In this document: positions 47,283 through 57,067 of the stretch, in pieces
Position numbering within the stretch: the first letter of the stretch is position 1
Layout: the number at the start of each line of letters is the position of its first letter
DNA from: Candidatus Nomurabacteria bacterium RIFOXYB1_FULL_39_16
Lineage (GTDB): Bacteria; Patescibacteriota; Minisyncoccia; Phycocordibacterales; UBA9973
DNA length: 63,060 nt
Reading direction: 5' to 3'
NCBI GenBank assembly: GCA_001787205.1
Contig: MFWB01000007.1
Location: 1-63,060 of the forward strand
Notes under the pieces: model-generated
Seen by the model: the letters and a program-made list of their open reading frames with translations, nothing else
Told to the model about the DNA's origin: nothing
The model's database searches: none
Translations under genes and position numbers: made by a program

Positions 47283-49526
47283 ATGAATCAACATAATCAC
47301 AACACAATGCAAGAAAAAGAAAAAGTTATTTATACCTGTCCTATGCATCCAGAGGTACAAAAAACTGCACCGGGCAAATGTCCAAAGTGTGGAATGGTGC
47401 TTGTTAAAAAAGAAGAAAAAAAAGAGCATGATGTTCATGCGGGACATTCAATGGGTGATATGTCCAAAATGGGTTTTTGGGGGAAATTTAAAATGAGCAT
47501 GTCTATGACTATGGGAATGGACCATACTGGTCTCGCTGGACGAGAAATGGCTCGCCTTATGGAAATAGATATTCGAAATAAATTCTTTTTTTCCTTAATA
47601 CTTACAATTCCAATAATTTTATATTCTCCCTTAGGAACTGAATATTTAAAACTTAATCTTCCGTCACCGCTACCTATTCCTTGGCTTCTTTTTATTTTAA
47701 CTACTCCAGTATTTTTTTACTCTGGATGGATTTTTTTATATTCAACATATTATGCTTTAAAAAATAAACTGCTCAATATGGCAGTGCTGATTGCTGTCGG
47801 CATTACAGCTGCTTATGGTTTTAGTATTCTGCTTACTTTGATTGGCAGTATGGATTCATACTATGAAGCAGCTGCTATGCTCATTACTTTCGTCCTCTTT
47901 GGTCATTGGATGGAAATGAAATCTCGTCGTGGGACGACAGATGCTCTACAAGCACTTTTTAACCTTGTTCCACCTCAAGCTAGAGTTTTTAAAGACGGTA
48001 AAGAAATAATGGTTTCGACTAGCGATATACAACTTGGAGACATTATTATTCTTAAGCCCGGAGATAAAGTCCCAGTTGACGGAGAAATAGTAGAGGGCGA
48101 AACCGCTATTGATGAGTCTTTGGTTACAGGAGAATCAATACCTACAGCTAAAAATATTGGAGATCAAGTAATCGGTGGATCAATCAATGTTACTGGTTCA
48201 GTAAAATTCAAGGCAACTAAAATCGGCAAGGATACTGCTCTGGCTCGAATCGTAGCGATGGTTGAACAAGCACAAAACTCAAAAGCTCCAGGACAAAGAT
48301 TGGCTGATAGATTTGCGAAGTACTTAGTCATTGCAGCAGTCGGTTCTGGTCTTTTAGTATTTTTTATTTGGTATTTTGTAGCAGGCTCAACATTTCTTTT
48401 AGCACTTTCTTTTGCAATAGCAACTGTTGTTATTGCTTGTCCTGATGCGCTTGGACTTGCTACACCGACAGCTGTGGCTGTGGGTACTGGACTTGGGGCA
48501 AAACACAATATTCTTATAAAGGATGCACCGACTCTTGAGCAAGTTTCAAAAATAGAAGCGATTGTCATGGATAAAACTGGTACGCTCACTGAGGGAAAAC
48601 CAAAAGTCACAGATGTTGTTTCCTTTAATGGATTTACCGAAAGAGATATTTTGAATTACGAAGCAAGTGTTGAAGCTAGTTCCAATCATCCATTAGCTAA
48701 AGCAATTATGGAAGAGGCGACAAAAAGAGGAGCAATACCGCTTGAATCAATCGAAAAATTTGAATCAGTCGCTGGACACGGATTAAAAGCAATAATCAAA
48801 GGAAAAATTGTATTTGCTGGAAATGAAAAACTTCTTATTGATAATAAAATTGAGATTGGTGATGCCAGAGAAATATTGGACCGCTTAGCAAGCGAAGGTA
48901 AAACTTTGAGTTTAATTGCTGTGGATGGTAAATTGGCTGGAGTTGTGGCAGCTGCTGATACTATTAAACTTAATGCCAAAAAAGCAGTTGAAAGATTAAA
49001 GCAACTTGGTATTGAAGTTGCTATGATTACAGGCGATCATAAAAAAGTAGCTGAAGCTGTCGGTCGTGAACTTGGTATAGATAGAGTTTTTGCTGAAGTT
49101 TTACCTGAGGATAAAGCAAAATACGTTAAAAAACTTCAAGATGAGGGAAAATTTACGGCAATGGTTGGAGATGGAGTTAATGATGCGCCTGCTCTTGCTC
49201 AGTCAGACGTGGGTATTGCTATTGGTGCAGGCACGGATGTTGCTATAGAAACGGCTAAAGTTGTTCTTATGAAATCTGATCCGCTGGACATACTTCGGGC
49301 TATTACTTTAAGCAAGGCAACAGTTCGCAAAATGAAACAAAATCTTTTTTGGGCTTCAATTTATAATCTCTTGGCTATTCCTATTGCTGGTGGAATTCTA
49401 TATCCAAATTTTGGTATTATGCTCCGTCCAGAATTTGCGGCTCTCCTTATGAGTATATCCTCAATAATAGTTGCAACAAATGCTGTGCTCTTGAAACGAG
49501 TTGAAAAAGATTTAATTGCTGTCTAA
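47283..49526 (+). CDS. copA: Copper-type P1B ATPase
   Basis: N-terminal YTCPMHPEV...CPKCGM and a Met/His-rich stretch. TM4 reads CPD. DKTGTLT and GDGVNDAP are present. TM5 has YN (SIYNLLAIP) and TM6 has MSISS. Confidence 0.85.
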   Translation: MNQHNHNTMQEKEKVIYTCPMHPEVQKTAPGKCPKCGMVLVKKEEKKEHDVHAGHSMGDMSKMGFWGKFKMSMSMTMGMDHTGLAGREMARLMEIDIRNKFFFSLILTIPIILYSPLGTEYLKLNLPSPLPIPWLLFILTTPVFFYSGWIFLYSTYYALKNKLLNMAVLIAVGITAAYGFSILLTLIGSMDSYYEAAAMLITFVLFGHWMEMKSRRGTTDALQALFNLVPPQARVFKDGKEIMVSTSDIQLGDIIILKPGDKVPVDGEIVEGETAIDESLVTGESIPTAKNIGDQVIGGSINVTGSVKFKATKIGKDTALARIVAMVEQAQNSKAPGQRLADRFAKYLVIAAVGSGLLVFFIWYFVAGSTFLLALSFAIATVVIACPDALGLATPTAVAVGTGLGAKHNILIKDAPTLEQVSKIEAIVMDKTGTLTEGKPKVTDVVSFNGFTERDILNYEASVEASSNHPLAKAIMEEATKRGAIPLESIEKFESVAGHGLKAIIKGKIVFAGNEKLLIDNKIEIGDAREILDRLASEGKTLSLIAVDGKLAGVVAAADTIKLNAKKAVERLKQLGIEVAMITGDHKKVAEAVGRELGIDRVFAEVLPEDKAKYVKKLQDEGKFTAMVGDGVNDAPALAQSDVGIAIGAGTDVAIETAKVVLMKSDPLDILRAITLSKATVRKMKQNLFWASIYNLLAIPIAGGILYPNFGIMLRPEFAALLMSISSIIVATNAVLLKRVEKDLIAV

Positions 49527-49549
49527 AAATATAAAAAGGAACACAAAGA

Positions 49550-49581
49550 AAGCGGTATTCTTGTAATAAGAAATACCGCTT
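49550..49581. terminator. Hairpin between convergent genes, possibly a bidirectional terminator
   Basis: Perfect 10-bp stem aagcggtatt / aataccgctt (49550-49559 and 49572-49581). Confidence 0.5.
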
Positions 49582-49600
49582 AAGTTGTTTATTCTATTCT

Positions 49601-49759
49601 CTATTTCCATCTCGCAAAACTAAAATCAAGGATGCAATCCTCTGCTTCTGAGAATGACAAATCTTCCAATTCTCTAATACGAGCTTCCTGTTCACTTTCT
49701 CCTTGAATATATGTATAAATCAAGTTAGTGAGTGTGCGACGTTGTCCTTCAGAGATCAT
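49601..49759 (-). CDS. Short paralogue of ORF 57608..57838, N-terminally truncated or diverged
   Basis: My own translation MISEGQRRTLTNLIYTYIQGESEQEARIRELEDLSFSEAEDCILDFSFARWK aligns with ...EEMISDKQKAILTSLIFQYIQEEDDREQRLSELEDLTSRDADNEILRFSMARW. Confidence 0.45.
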   Translation of the reverse strand: MISEGQRRTLTNLIYTYIQGESEQEARIRELEDLSFSEAEDCILDFSFARWK

Positions 49760-49787
49760 TCCTTCGTCTACATATTCCACAGGAAAG

Positions 49788-50978
49788 TTATTCTAACATA
49801 ACCGCTAGTTTATTTTTCACTTGTTCATAAGAATTTTTCTCCGAGTCAAGCAAGGATCCTGTTCGAGGGAAATCAGTAGTTATGGGATTTATGGGGTTAC
49901 TGTTCTCGTACATTGCATATTGAAGATGTGGTCCAGTTGAGTTGCCTGTTGAACCGACATACCCGATGATTTCTCCTTGTTTGATTTCAACTCCGTTTTT
50001 AACACCCTTGGCAATCTTTGAGAGGTGGCTGTACTGGGTCAAATAACTTCCATGTTTTAATTCTACAGTAATTCCCAGTCCACCTTTTGAACCGGCAGTT
50101 GTAACTTTTCCGTCAGCTGTGGCAATAACTGGAGTTCCTTTAGAAGCTGCATAATCAATTGCAAAATGTGGTCTAATTTGCTTGGTTACAGGATTTTTTC
50201 GACTATAGCTATAGCCAGAACTTATCCGAGAATAGTTTAGAGGTGACTTAAGAAACTGACGGGTTAAAGATTTTCCTTCTTCGTTGTAAAACTTATCATT
50301 GTAACGAAATGCAGTGAAGGTTGTGCCATTATTCGTGAATTTAGCAGCTAGTATGTTACCGGCAGGAGCAAGCTTTCCATCTATAGTTCGTTTTTCATAA
50401 ACAAGAAAGAATGAATCGTCTTTCTGTATATCGGTAGCAAAATCAATATCGCTTGAAAATATATCGGCAAGTTCTAAAGTTGTCTTATCTTCCACTCCTA
50501 CACTTTCGGCAGTTTCAAAAAGCGAATCAGTTATCACTCCTTTCGCTGTTACTGTTTCAACTACATATGGAATTTCTTCTTCTGTAACAGAAAAAGCACC
50601 TGCTTCTTTTTTTACATGTAGAACTTCATCGCTGTTAAGTGGATACTCCATCGCAGCAAAAGCTTCATTTACAAAAACTAACTTTAAGAGTTTGCCTGTA
50701 TTAATTTTGGTAAAGTCGAAAACATCCTTCGAGTAAGTCATTATCGAAAGAGCTTCTTCATAGGGAACTCCCATTTCAGTCATAACACCGCCAAAAGTGT
50801 CACCCGACTGGATTTCATATTCCTTGACCTCGCCCACAGGAAGATCACTTTGGGATTTAACCCTAAGGGATTGAACTGTTTCTTTTTCTTCCCTAGAACC
50901 TATTACTTTTATACTAATTAAGGGAATTCCTATCGCCCAGATCACCACAACAAGGGCAATCACCATCTTTTTCCGCAT
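49788..50978 (-). CDS. M23 family peptidase (membrane-anchored)
   Basis: HFAIDYAA...GTPV and GSTGNSTGPHLQY (M23 HxxxD and HxH region), with an N-terminal TM segment. Confidence 0.8.
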   Translation of the reverse strand: MRKKMVIALVVVIWAIGIPLISIKVIGSREEKETVQSLRVKSQSDLPVGEVKEYEIQSGDTFGGVMTEMGVPYEEALSIMTYSKDVFDFTKINTGKLLKLVFVNEAFAAMEYPLNSDEVLHVKKEAGAFSVTEEEIPYVVETVTAKGVITDSLFETAESVGVEDKTTLELADIFSSDIDFATDIQKDDSFFLVYEKRTIDGKLAPAGNILAAKFTNNGTTFTAFRYNDKFYNEEGKSLTRQFLKSPLNYSRISSGYSYSRKNPVTKQIRPHFAIDYAASKGTPVIATADGKVTTAGSKGGLGITVELKHGSYLTQYSHLSKIAKGVKNGVEIKQGEIIGYVGSTGNSTGPHLQYAMYENSNPINPITTDFPRTGSLLDSEKNSYEQVKNKLAVMLE

Positions 50979-51033
50979 AGGTAATAGTATAACCCAAAAT
51001 CAAAGCTATTTCCAGTTCCAAAATATCCTTATT

Positions 51034-52947
51034 TTAAGGCATTTTAAAGAGTCTAAGACCATTCACAATAACCAGTAATGCCACCCCTGTATCAGCAAAT
51101 ATAGCTATTCCGAGATGGGCCATTCCAAGCGTTGCCAGGATTACGAAAATAAATTTAGAGCCAACCGCAATTGCAACATTGAATTTCACTACTCCGAGAG
51201 TTCTCCTGCCTAGACTAATCATTTCTGGGATTAACTCAATGCGGTCATTCATAAGGATCATGTCCGCCGTTTCAAGAGCAATGTCGGTTCCTTTGCTTCC
51301 CATGGCAATGCCGACATCCGAGAGAGCAAGAGCTGGCGCGTCATTCACCCCATCACCAACCATTGCTACAACCCCATACTTGTTTTTGAATTCTTTTATC
51401 TTCTCCACTTTTTCCTCTGGCAAAAGCCCTGCAAACACATCTTGTATGCCTAATTTTTTTGCTATGAACGATGCACTATGGATGTTGTCACCAGTCAGCA
51501 TCGCAGAAGAAACTTTTTCTTCTGCAAGCATTTTAATTGTCGTAGCTGAAGTGTCTCGGAGGGTGTCAGATATACCTAACATTCCCATTATCTTATCTTT
51601 CTCGCTTACAAGGACGACAGTTTTTCCCTCCATTTCAAATTTTTCTGTCTCTTTAGTTATTTCTCCAATCGAAACATTGTGCGCATCCATCATTTTCAAG
51701 TTGCCGACACAATGTTCAAGGTCATCGCAAACTTTACAAACAGCCTTACCACCCTTGCCTGGAATATTTTGATACGATTCCATTTGGTGTGGAGTGATAC
51801 CTTTATGTCTTGCATACTCTACGATTGCTTCAGAGAGAGGATGAGTTGAGAACGATTCCATACCTGCAACATCTTCTAGCAACTGCTGTTCAGTAAAACC
51901 ATTAAAGGTAACTATATCGGTCACTACGGGTTTACCTATAGTTAGTGTTCCTGTCTTATCAAATGCAATTGCTTTTACCTTGCCCAATAATTCCAAAAAT
52001 TTACCGCCTTTGATTAGTATTCCTCTTTTTGATGCTCCACCAAGTGCAGCCGTAACAGTCACAGGAGTTGCAATTACTAGAGCGCATGGACATGCGATAA
52101 CGAGAAGCGTGATTGCTCTTTCAAGCCATGTAGAAACAGCACCACCAAAGAAAACAACTGGTATCCCAAAAATAAAGAGAGAAACAATCGCAATTCCAGG
52201 CGTATAGTATTTCGCAAATTTATGGATAAATTCTTCTGCTTGAGTTTTTGATTTCTGTGCTCCAGATACAAGCTCCACTATTTTTGAAATAGTAGAATCT
52301 TTGCTTATCTTTGTGACCTTTACTTCTAGGTAACCATTGATGTTGATAGTTCCAGCGTATACTGTATCCCCGACGATTTTGTCTTTTGGCAGGGATTCTC
52401 CGGTAATTGAGGCTTCATTTATAGCGCTAGTGCCGATTACAATAATACCGTCTAAGGGGATAAGATCGCCGGGCTTTACTACGACGATTGAACCGAGAGT
52501 TACCGAATCAATGTTGAGAATTGTTCCATCTTTAAGCGTAGCCTGCTTGGGATTGTTTTGAACCAACTCTTCAAGCGCCTTACGAGACCGCTTTACGCCA
52601 AAACTTTCAAATGCTTCCGCAAGTGAGAAAAAGAAAATAACTGCTGAGGCCTCGCCAAGTTCTCCGAGATAAAGAGCACCAATAGAAGCGATCACAACAA
52701 GAAATTCAATGTTGAGGAACTTACTCTTAGTCAACCCTTCTATTGCTTCTTGGGCGACAAAAATACCTCCAACAATTATTGAGGTGAGGAAAAAGATATT
52801 CGTTATGTCCTCTGAGACTCCCGCATAAGAAAGCAGGAAACCAAAAATAGTACCAATACCGGAAATGACTGTCGCAATCAAGCGCCAATTTATCGGCTTC
52901 TTTTCTTTAATACTTTCTTCAGTTGTATCACAACATTTTGATGACAT
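51034..52947 (-). CDS. Zn/Cd/Pb-type P1B-2 ATPase (ZntA/CadA-like)
   Basis: N-terminal SKCCD, TM4 CPC (VIACPCALVIATP), DKTGTLT, GDGVNDAP, TM5 Lys (GSKF), and TM6 ADTG. Confidence 0.85.
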   Translation of the reverse strand: MSSKCCDTTEESIKEKKPINWRLIATVISGIGTIFGFLLSYAGVSEDITNIFFLTSIIVGGIFVAQEAIEGLTKSKFLNIEFLVVIASIGALYLGELGEASAVIFFFSLAEAFESFGVKRSRKALEELVQNNPKQATLKDGTILNIDSVTLGSIVVVKPGDLIPLDGIIVIGTSAINEASITGESLPKDKIVGDTVYAGTININGYLEVKVTKISKDSTISKIVELVSGAQKSKTQAEEFIHKFAKYYTPGIAIVSLFIFGIPVVFFGGAVSTWLERAITLLVIACPCALVIATPVTVTAALGGASKRGILIKGGKFLELLGKVKAIAFDKTGTLTIGKPVVTDIVTFNGFTEQQLLEDVAGMESFSTHPLSEAIVEYARHKGITPHQMESYQNIPGKGGKAVCKVCDDLEHCVGNLKMMDAHNVSIGEITKETEKFEMEGKTVVLVSEKDKIMGMLGISDTLRDTSATTIKMLAEEKVSSAMLTGDNIHSASFIAKKLGIQDVFAGLLPEEKVEKIKEFKNKYGVVAMVGDGVNDAPALALSDVGIAMGSKGTDIALETADMILMNDRIELIPEMISLGRRTLGVVKFNVAIAVGSKFIFVILATLGMAHLGIAIFADTGVALLVIVNGLRLFKMP

Positions 52948-52951
52948 ACAT

Positions 52952-53137
52952 TCATTTATCTTTCCAAGACTTTTTTAAATCTTTCCAAAATTTCTTGTGT
53001 ATATTTATGGTGTCGGCTAGATGTTTTTTAACTAAATGTTTTATATCTCCTTTTGCTTCTCCCATTATTTCGCCATGAATTCTAACTTCTTCTTTTGCAT
53101 GATCTTTTAATGCTTGTATTGATTCTTTGAGGTTCAT
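52952..53137 (-). CDS. Small helical hypothetical protein
   Basis: 61-aa ORF ending 5 nt before the ATPase start. Confidence 0.35.
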   Translation of the reverse strand: MNLKESIQALKDHAKEEVRIHGEIMGEAKGDIKHLVKKHLADTINIHKKFWKDLKKSWKDK

Positions 53138-53187
53138 ATATTTTTTGTTAATTGATTAATCTTATATTTTATAATACTTATGTTTTT

Positions 53188-53946
53188 TTATTGCTTATTT
53201 TTATTTATTGCTTCTTGAAGTAATATTTTGAAGTCTTCGTAACCGCGCGGATTTTGTATTTTTTCTCCGTTGAGGAAAAATGTCGGGGTGCCCGTAATGC
53301 CTAGCTTTTGTCCAGTCTCACGATCTCGCTCTATGCGGTCTTTTACTTCTTGAGATGCAATGTCTTTGCTGTATCGATCCATATCAAGCCCGATTTGTCT
53401 GGCATAGTTTTCAAAGATTTTAGGGTCGGGTGCTTGCTTTTCTCCCCAATCTCTCTGATTTTCAAAAACAATATCATGCATCTCCCAGTATTTTCCTTGT
53501 TTGCCAGCGGCCTCAACGGCAGATGCAGATGTCATGCTGTTTTTGTGTCCCGGGAGCGGAAAGTATCTTACAATAAATTTAACTCTATCTTTATATTCTT
53601 CAGATAAACGTTTTATCACAGGGTAGTACGCACCACATGCTTCGCATTCAAAATCAAGATATTCAACAAGTGTAATTGTCCCTTCTCTATTCCCCTTAAC
53701 CCAATCATCCGATGCAACCGTGAGAAGTTCACTAGTTGGAACAGTCGGTCGAGTCGCTCCATACCAGAAAAGTCCGCCAATTGCTCCGGCAATGACGAGT
53801 ATCATCGCGAGCCTTTTTGTCCATTTCTTAACCACACTTGAGTGTTGACTCACCTGTTTTTCTCTGGCTTTTTCCTGCCGCCACAATTCTTTCCGCTCCC
53901 TCTTGGTGAGTATCTGATTGTTTTGTTCGTTTAATTCCATGGTCAT
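53188..53946 (-). CDS. DsbA-like thioredoxin-fold protein (membrane-anchored)
   Basis: TM anchor, CEAC active-site motif (DFECEACGAYYP), and GTPTFFLNG. Confidence 0.7.
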   Translation of the reverse strand: MTMELNEQNNQILTKRERKELWRQEKAREKQVSQHSSVVKKWTKRLAMILVIAGAIGGLFWYGATRPTVPTSELLTVASDDWVKGNREGTITLVEYLDFECEACGAYYPVIKRLSEEYKDRVKFIVRYFPLPGHKNSMTSASAVEAAGKQGKYWEMHDIVFENQRDWGEKQAPDPKIFENYARQIGLDMDRYSKDIASQEVKDRIERDRETGQKLGITGTPTFFLNGEKIQNPRGYEDFKILLQEAINKNKQ

Positions 53947-53964
53947 ATATTTATTAATGCCAAA

Positions 53965-55041
53965 TTATTTAATAAGTTTTTCAGGTCCCACTGCCCGGTC
54001 ATACCTCCTGCCGTCAAACATGATTGTGGGTATTTTTATCGTTTTTATTCTATTTTCTACGATTTCTTTTTGACTGGCCAAGCTTGTCTGCACCTCATCC
54101 GAATTAATTGTCTGTCGTATTTTGACCCGATCTTCGTCTGAGTATCCGATATCCTTAAGCCACAAAAGAATCATGTCTTCGGCTTCTTTCGCAGTATATA
54201 TCGTATTGAATTTTATTTGGTAATCAACATTGTCGATGTCTTTTCCGGAAAACATTCTTTCTAGAATCTGCCAGTCAGCTGGCGTAACAGACGACGGCAA
54301 CGGATAGCGCTTTACCGCCTCCAAATACGAGGCAACCATTTTTGAATGCGGAAAACGATAACCATTGGATTGTTTGTTGTCAGGTATTGGATACACCAAA
54401 TAGGTGAGGTTGTAACGGTCGGCAAAGCTGGTTTCTTTAATGTTGCCAAAGAGTTTGGCACAGAATTTACAGCTTGGATCGATTATCTCAAGAGCGACGG
54501 ATTTGCTGGAGTCATATGGTTTGAAGTAAGTGTTGGATTCGGAAATAAATTCGTTCGGGTTCCACTCTTTAAATCGGTTCGGGATCATTGTGATCGTCTC
54601 GCCCAAGGTAAGCACTCCGTCTTTAGCCCACATGAGCACTTGTCCTTCTTTAACTGACACCCAGAATCCTGGTTTTCCAGAGTTTATTCCACAACCCCCA
54701 CCACCCAATGAACAGGACTCTGGATTATTTGGGTTACAAGTGTCATAGACGAACAAATTGAGACCACTATTAAGCACCACTAAAAGACTCCACACGCTTA
54801 GGATCACAAAAACCGAAGCCAAGACCCCAATCCACCGATCAAGAAATCTAGCTAAGCGGGGTTTAGTAACGATAAATTTGCCCAAAAGTTTGGCCTTGGC
54901 TTCTTCTTGGAAATTAATATCGCACGGTCTGAAGGTCATTTTTCTGAGTACGCACTTCCATGCCTTTTTTGCCAAGGATCGGTAACTGGCCGAAAAAATA
55001 CCCAAGACCGCGAAAATGATAAATGCTGCTATGCAAAACAT
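53965..55041 (-). CDS. Membrane protein with N-terminal Cys pairs and a C-terminal thioredoxin-like domain
   Basis: Two TM segments with cysteines, a GGGGCG loop, CKFC (DPSCKFCAKLF), and IPTIMFDG. Confidence 0.5.
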   Translation of the reverse strand: MFCIAAFIIFAVLGIFSASYRSLAKKAWKCVLRKMTFRPCDINFQEEAKAKLLGKFIVTKPRLARFLDRWIGVLASVFVILSVWSLLVVLNSGLNLFVYDTCNPNNPESCSLGGGGCGINSGKPGFWVSVKEGQVLMWAKDGVLTLGETITMIPNRFKEWNPNEFISESNTYFKPYDSSKSVALEIIDPSCKFCAKLFGNIKETSFADRYNLTYLVYPIPDNKQSNGYRFPHSKMVASYLEAVKRYPLPSSVTPADWQILERMFSGKDIDNVDYQIKFNTIYTAKEAEDMILLWLKDIGYSDEDRVKIRQTINSDEVQTSLASQKEIVENRIKTIKIPTIMFDGRRYDRAVGPEKLIK

Positions 55042-55045
55042 ATTT

Positions 55046-56257
55046 TTATAAGTTAGTGATAATCGTTTTAAGTGTTTTCACAAAGAACTCGACTTGTTCT
55101 TTGGTATTGTTAAGGCCCAACGAAACTCTCACCAAAGGCGGATATTTTTTCAGATTTTTCAAGTAATAGTGACAGCAAAAATAACCGCTTCGCACCATGA
55201 TGTTCTGTGCGGAGAGAAAGATTGCTAGACGATGAGCATCAATCTTGTCGAAATAGAAGCTCGTGATAGGACTAGGAGAACTATTAATAAGCTTCAGCGT
55301 TGGAATTTTAGAAAGCTCATTAAAAAGAAACTGTGCAAGCTTTTCTTGGTGGACGGGTGCTGACACTCCTTCCTTCTTAAAACTTTTGAGCCAATCCAAG
55401 GAGGCGCTAAGACCAACAATGCCAGCGAAATTTTGTAGACCAATTTCTAACCTACTTCCTAAGTCATCCGAATCGGATATCAGCCGATATGTTTCCGCTT
55501 CCACATCTTCTACCATACCTCCGCCAATAAATCCGATGTCCAGTGCGACAAGAAGAGATTTCTTGATAATGATTACTCCTAAGCTGGGGCCATACATTTT
55601 ATGTCCGGAAAAGAACAATGCGTCAAAATCACTTTCACGAATGATCTTTTGGTCATGACTTATCCCTTGAGCGGCATCAACAAGTACTATTCCGCCTGTT
55701 TTATGAACATCATCAGTGATTTCCTTTAAGTTGATCAACTCTCGTCCATCGATATTGGACATACTATTTAGAACTACGATTGCGCCGGAAATATCATCTT
55801 TATTGTACATTAACGATCCGTTTACTGACCTTTCCAGGATAACGCGCGGGATGTTCAGCTTTTTAGCAACAGTCATCGTCGGCAAAAACACCGAATTGTG
55901 CTCGATGTCCGATGTTATGATTTTCTTGAACTTCGGAGGCAACTGGCCGAGTACCAAATTTATGCCGTAAGTAGTGTTCAGCGTAAATGCCACCGCATAT
56001 TCGGAAGCTGGCTTACCTACGAACGATAGTACTTTCTTTCTTGTCTCCTTTATTTTTTCATCCAGCTTTATACCCCAATCGTATTTCACCCGTCCTCCGC
56101 ATGAATTGTACTCGTGGTAATACTCCGCCATAGCATCAATAACTTGCTGTGGACGCAGTGTTTGGCATGCCGAATCCAGATATAGGACATCTTTGTTCAG
56201 ATAAGAGAAATCTGGATCATCATTTTTTGTTTTTTTGTTGATGTTTAAGAAATTCAT
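55046..56257 (-). CDS. Class V aminotransferase / cysteine desulfurase-like PLP enzyme
   Basis: FFSGHKMYGP (PLP lysine context). The 403-aa size is typical. Confidence 0.7.
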   Translation of the reverse strand: MNFLNINKKTKNDDPDFSYLNKDVLYLDSACQTLRPQQVIDAMAEYYHEYNSCGGRVKYDWGIKLDEKIKETRKKVLSFVGKPASEYAVAFTLNTTYGINLVLGQLPPKFKKIITSDIEHNSVFLPTMTVAKKLNIPRVILERSVNGSLMYNKDDISGAIVVLNSMSNIDGRELINLKEITDDVHKTGGIVLVDAAQGISHDQKIIRESDFDALFFSGHKMYGPSLGVIIIKKSLLVALDIGFIGGGMVEDVEAETYRLISDSDDLGSRLEIGLQNFAGIVGLSASLDWLKSFKKEGVSAPVHQEKLAQFLFNELSKIPTLKLINSSPSPITSFYFDKIDAHRLAIFLSAQNIMVRSGYFCCHYYLKNLKKYPPLVRVSLGLNNTKEQVEFFVKTLKTIITNL

Positions 56258-56259
56258 AA

Positions 56260-57000
56260 TTATTTTTCCTGCAAAGCTGTCTCAATAAGTTGTTTTATTG
56301 AATCATATGGCTGTGCTCCGGATAGAGGATATTTCTTGCCGTTTTTACCAATCACGATGCTCCAGGGTGTTCCGTTGCCTCCAGTTGCTTGAGCATTCTG
56401 CACTTCATCTTCAATATGTTTATCGTATTTCGTACTTCCCAGACAGGTGTTGAATTTTGCCGTGTCTAAGCCTACATACTGAGCGATCTTTGGAAGCTCG
56501 GTTGGATCTAAGCCATTGTTTGCCGGAGTGATCTCGTAGAGTCTATCAGCATATGACCAGAACTTGTCATTTCCTCCCTGTTCATTTGCACATTCAAGAG
56601 CGACAGCCTCTTTTCTTGCCTTAGAGTGAAGTTGATCAAGTGGGAAGTGCCGATACACCCATGCCACTTTGCCGTCTTTACCATATTCGTCTATAACTTG
56701 CTTCATTGTGTCGTGGAATCTTTTACAGAAAGGACATTCAGTATCTGAGTATTCAACGATTTTTACCGGAGCATTCGCATCTCCTCGAATATGATCTTCC
56801 GCTGTGACTGGTTTCATTTTCTCTAAATCACCAGTTTCTTTTACTGCAACTTGTGGTTGCGTATTAGTAACTGTATTATTACTGGATGGTTTCCCCCCGC
56901 TTAAGATCACTGCACCGGCAATTAAAACTCCGGCAATGATTATGGCACCTGGTACTGCCATTGTATTTTTTTGAATTGTTGATTGATTATTTTCTTCCAT
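56260..57000 (-). CDS. DsbA-family thioredoxin-fold protein (membrane-anchored)
   Basis: ORF 56260..57048 trimmed to the ATG at 57000 (MEENNQ...). TM anchor, CPFC (DTECPFCKRFH), and GNGTPWSIV. Confidence 0.7.
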   Translation of the reverse strand: MEENNQSTIQKNTMAVPGAIIIAGVLIAGAVILSGGKPSSNNTVTNTQPQVAVKETGDLEKMKPVTAEDHIRGDANAPVKIVEYSDTECPFCKRFHDTMKQVIDEYGKDGKVAWVYRHFPLDQLHSKARKEAVALECANEQGGNDKFWSYADRLYEITPANNGLDPTELPKIAQYVGLDTAKFNTCLGSTKYDKHIEDEVQNAQATGGNGTPWSIVIGKNGKKYPLSGAQPYDSIKQLIETALQEK

Positions 57001-57067
57001 AGAGACATAAAAGTTAAATAAATAAAACTGCTGTTGAAAAATAGACACAGGGTTTAACTGTATGGCA

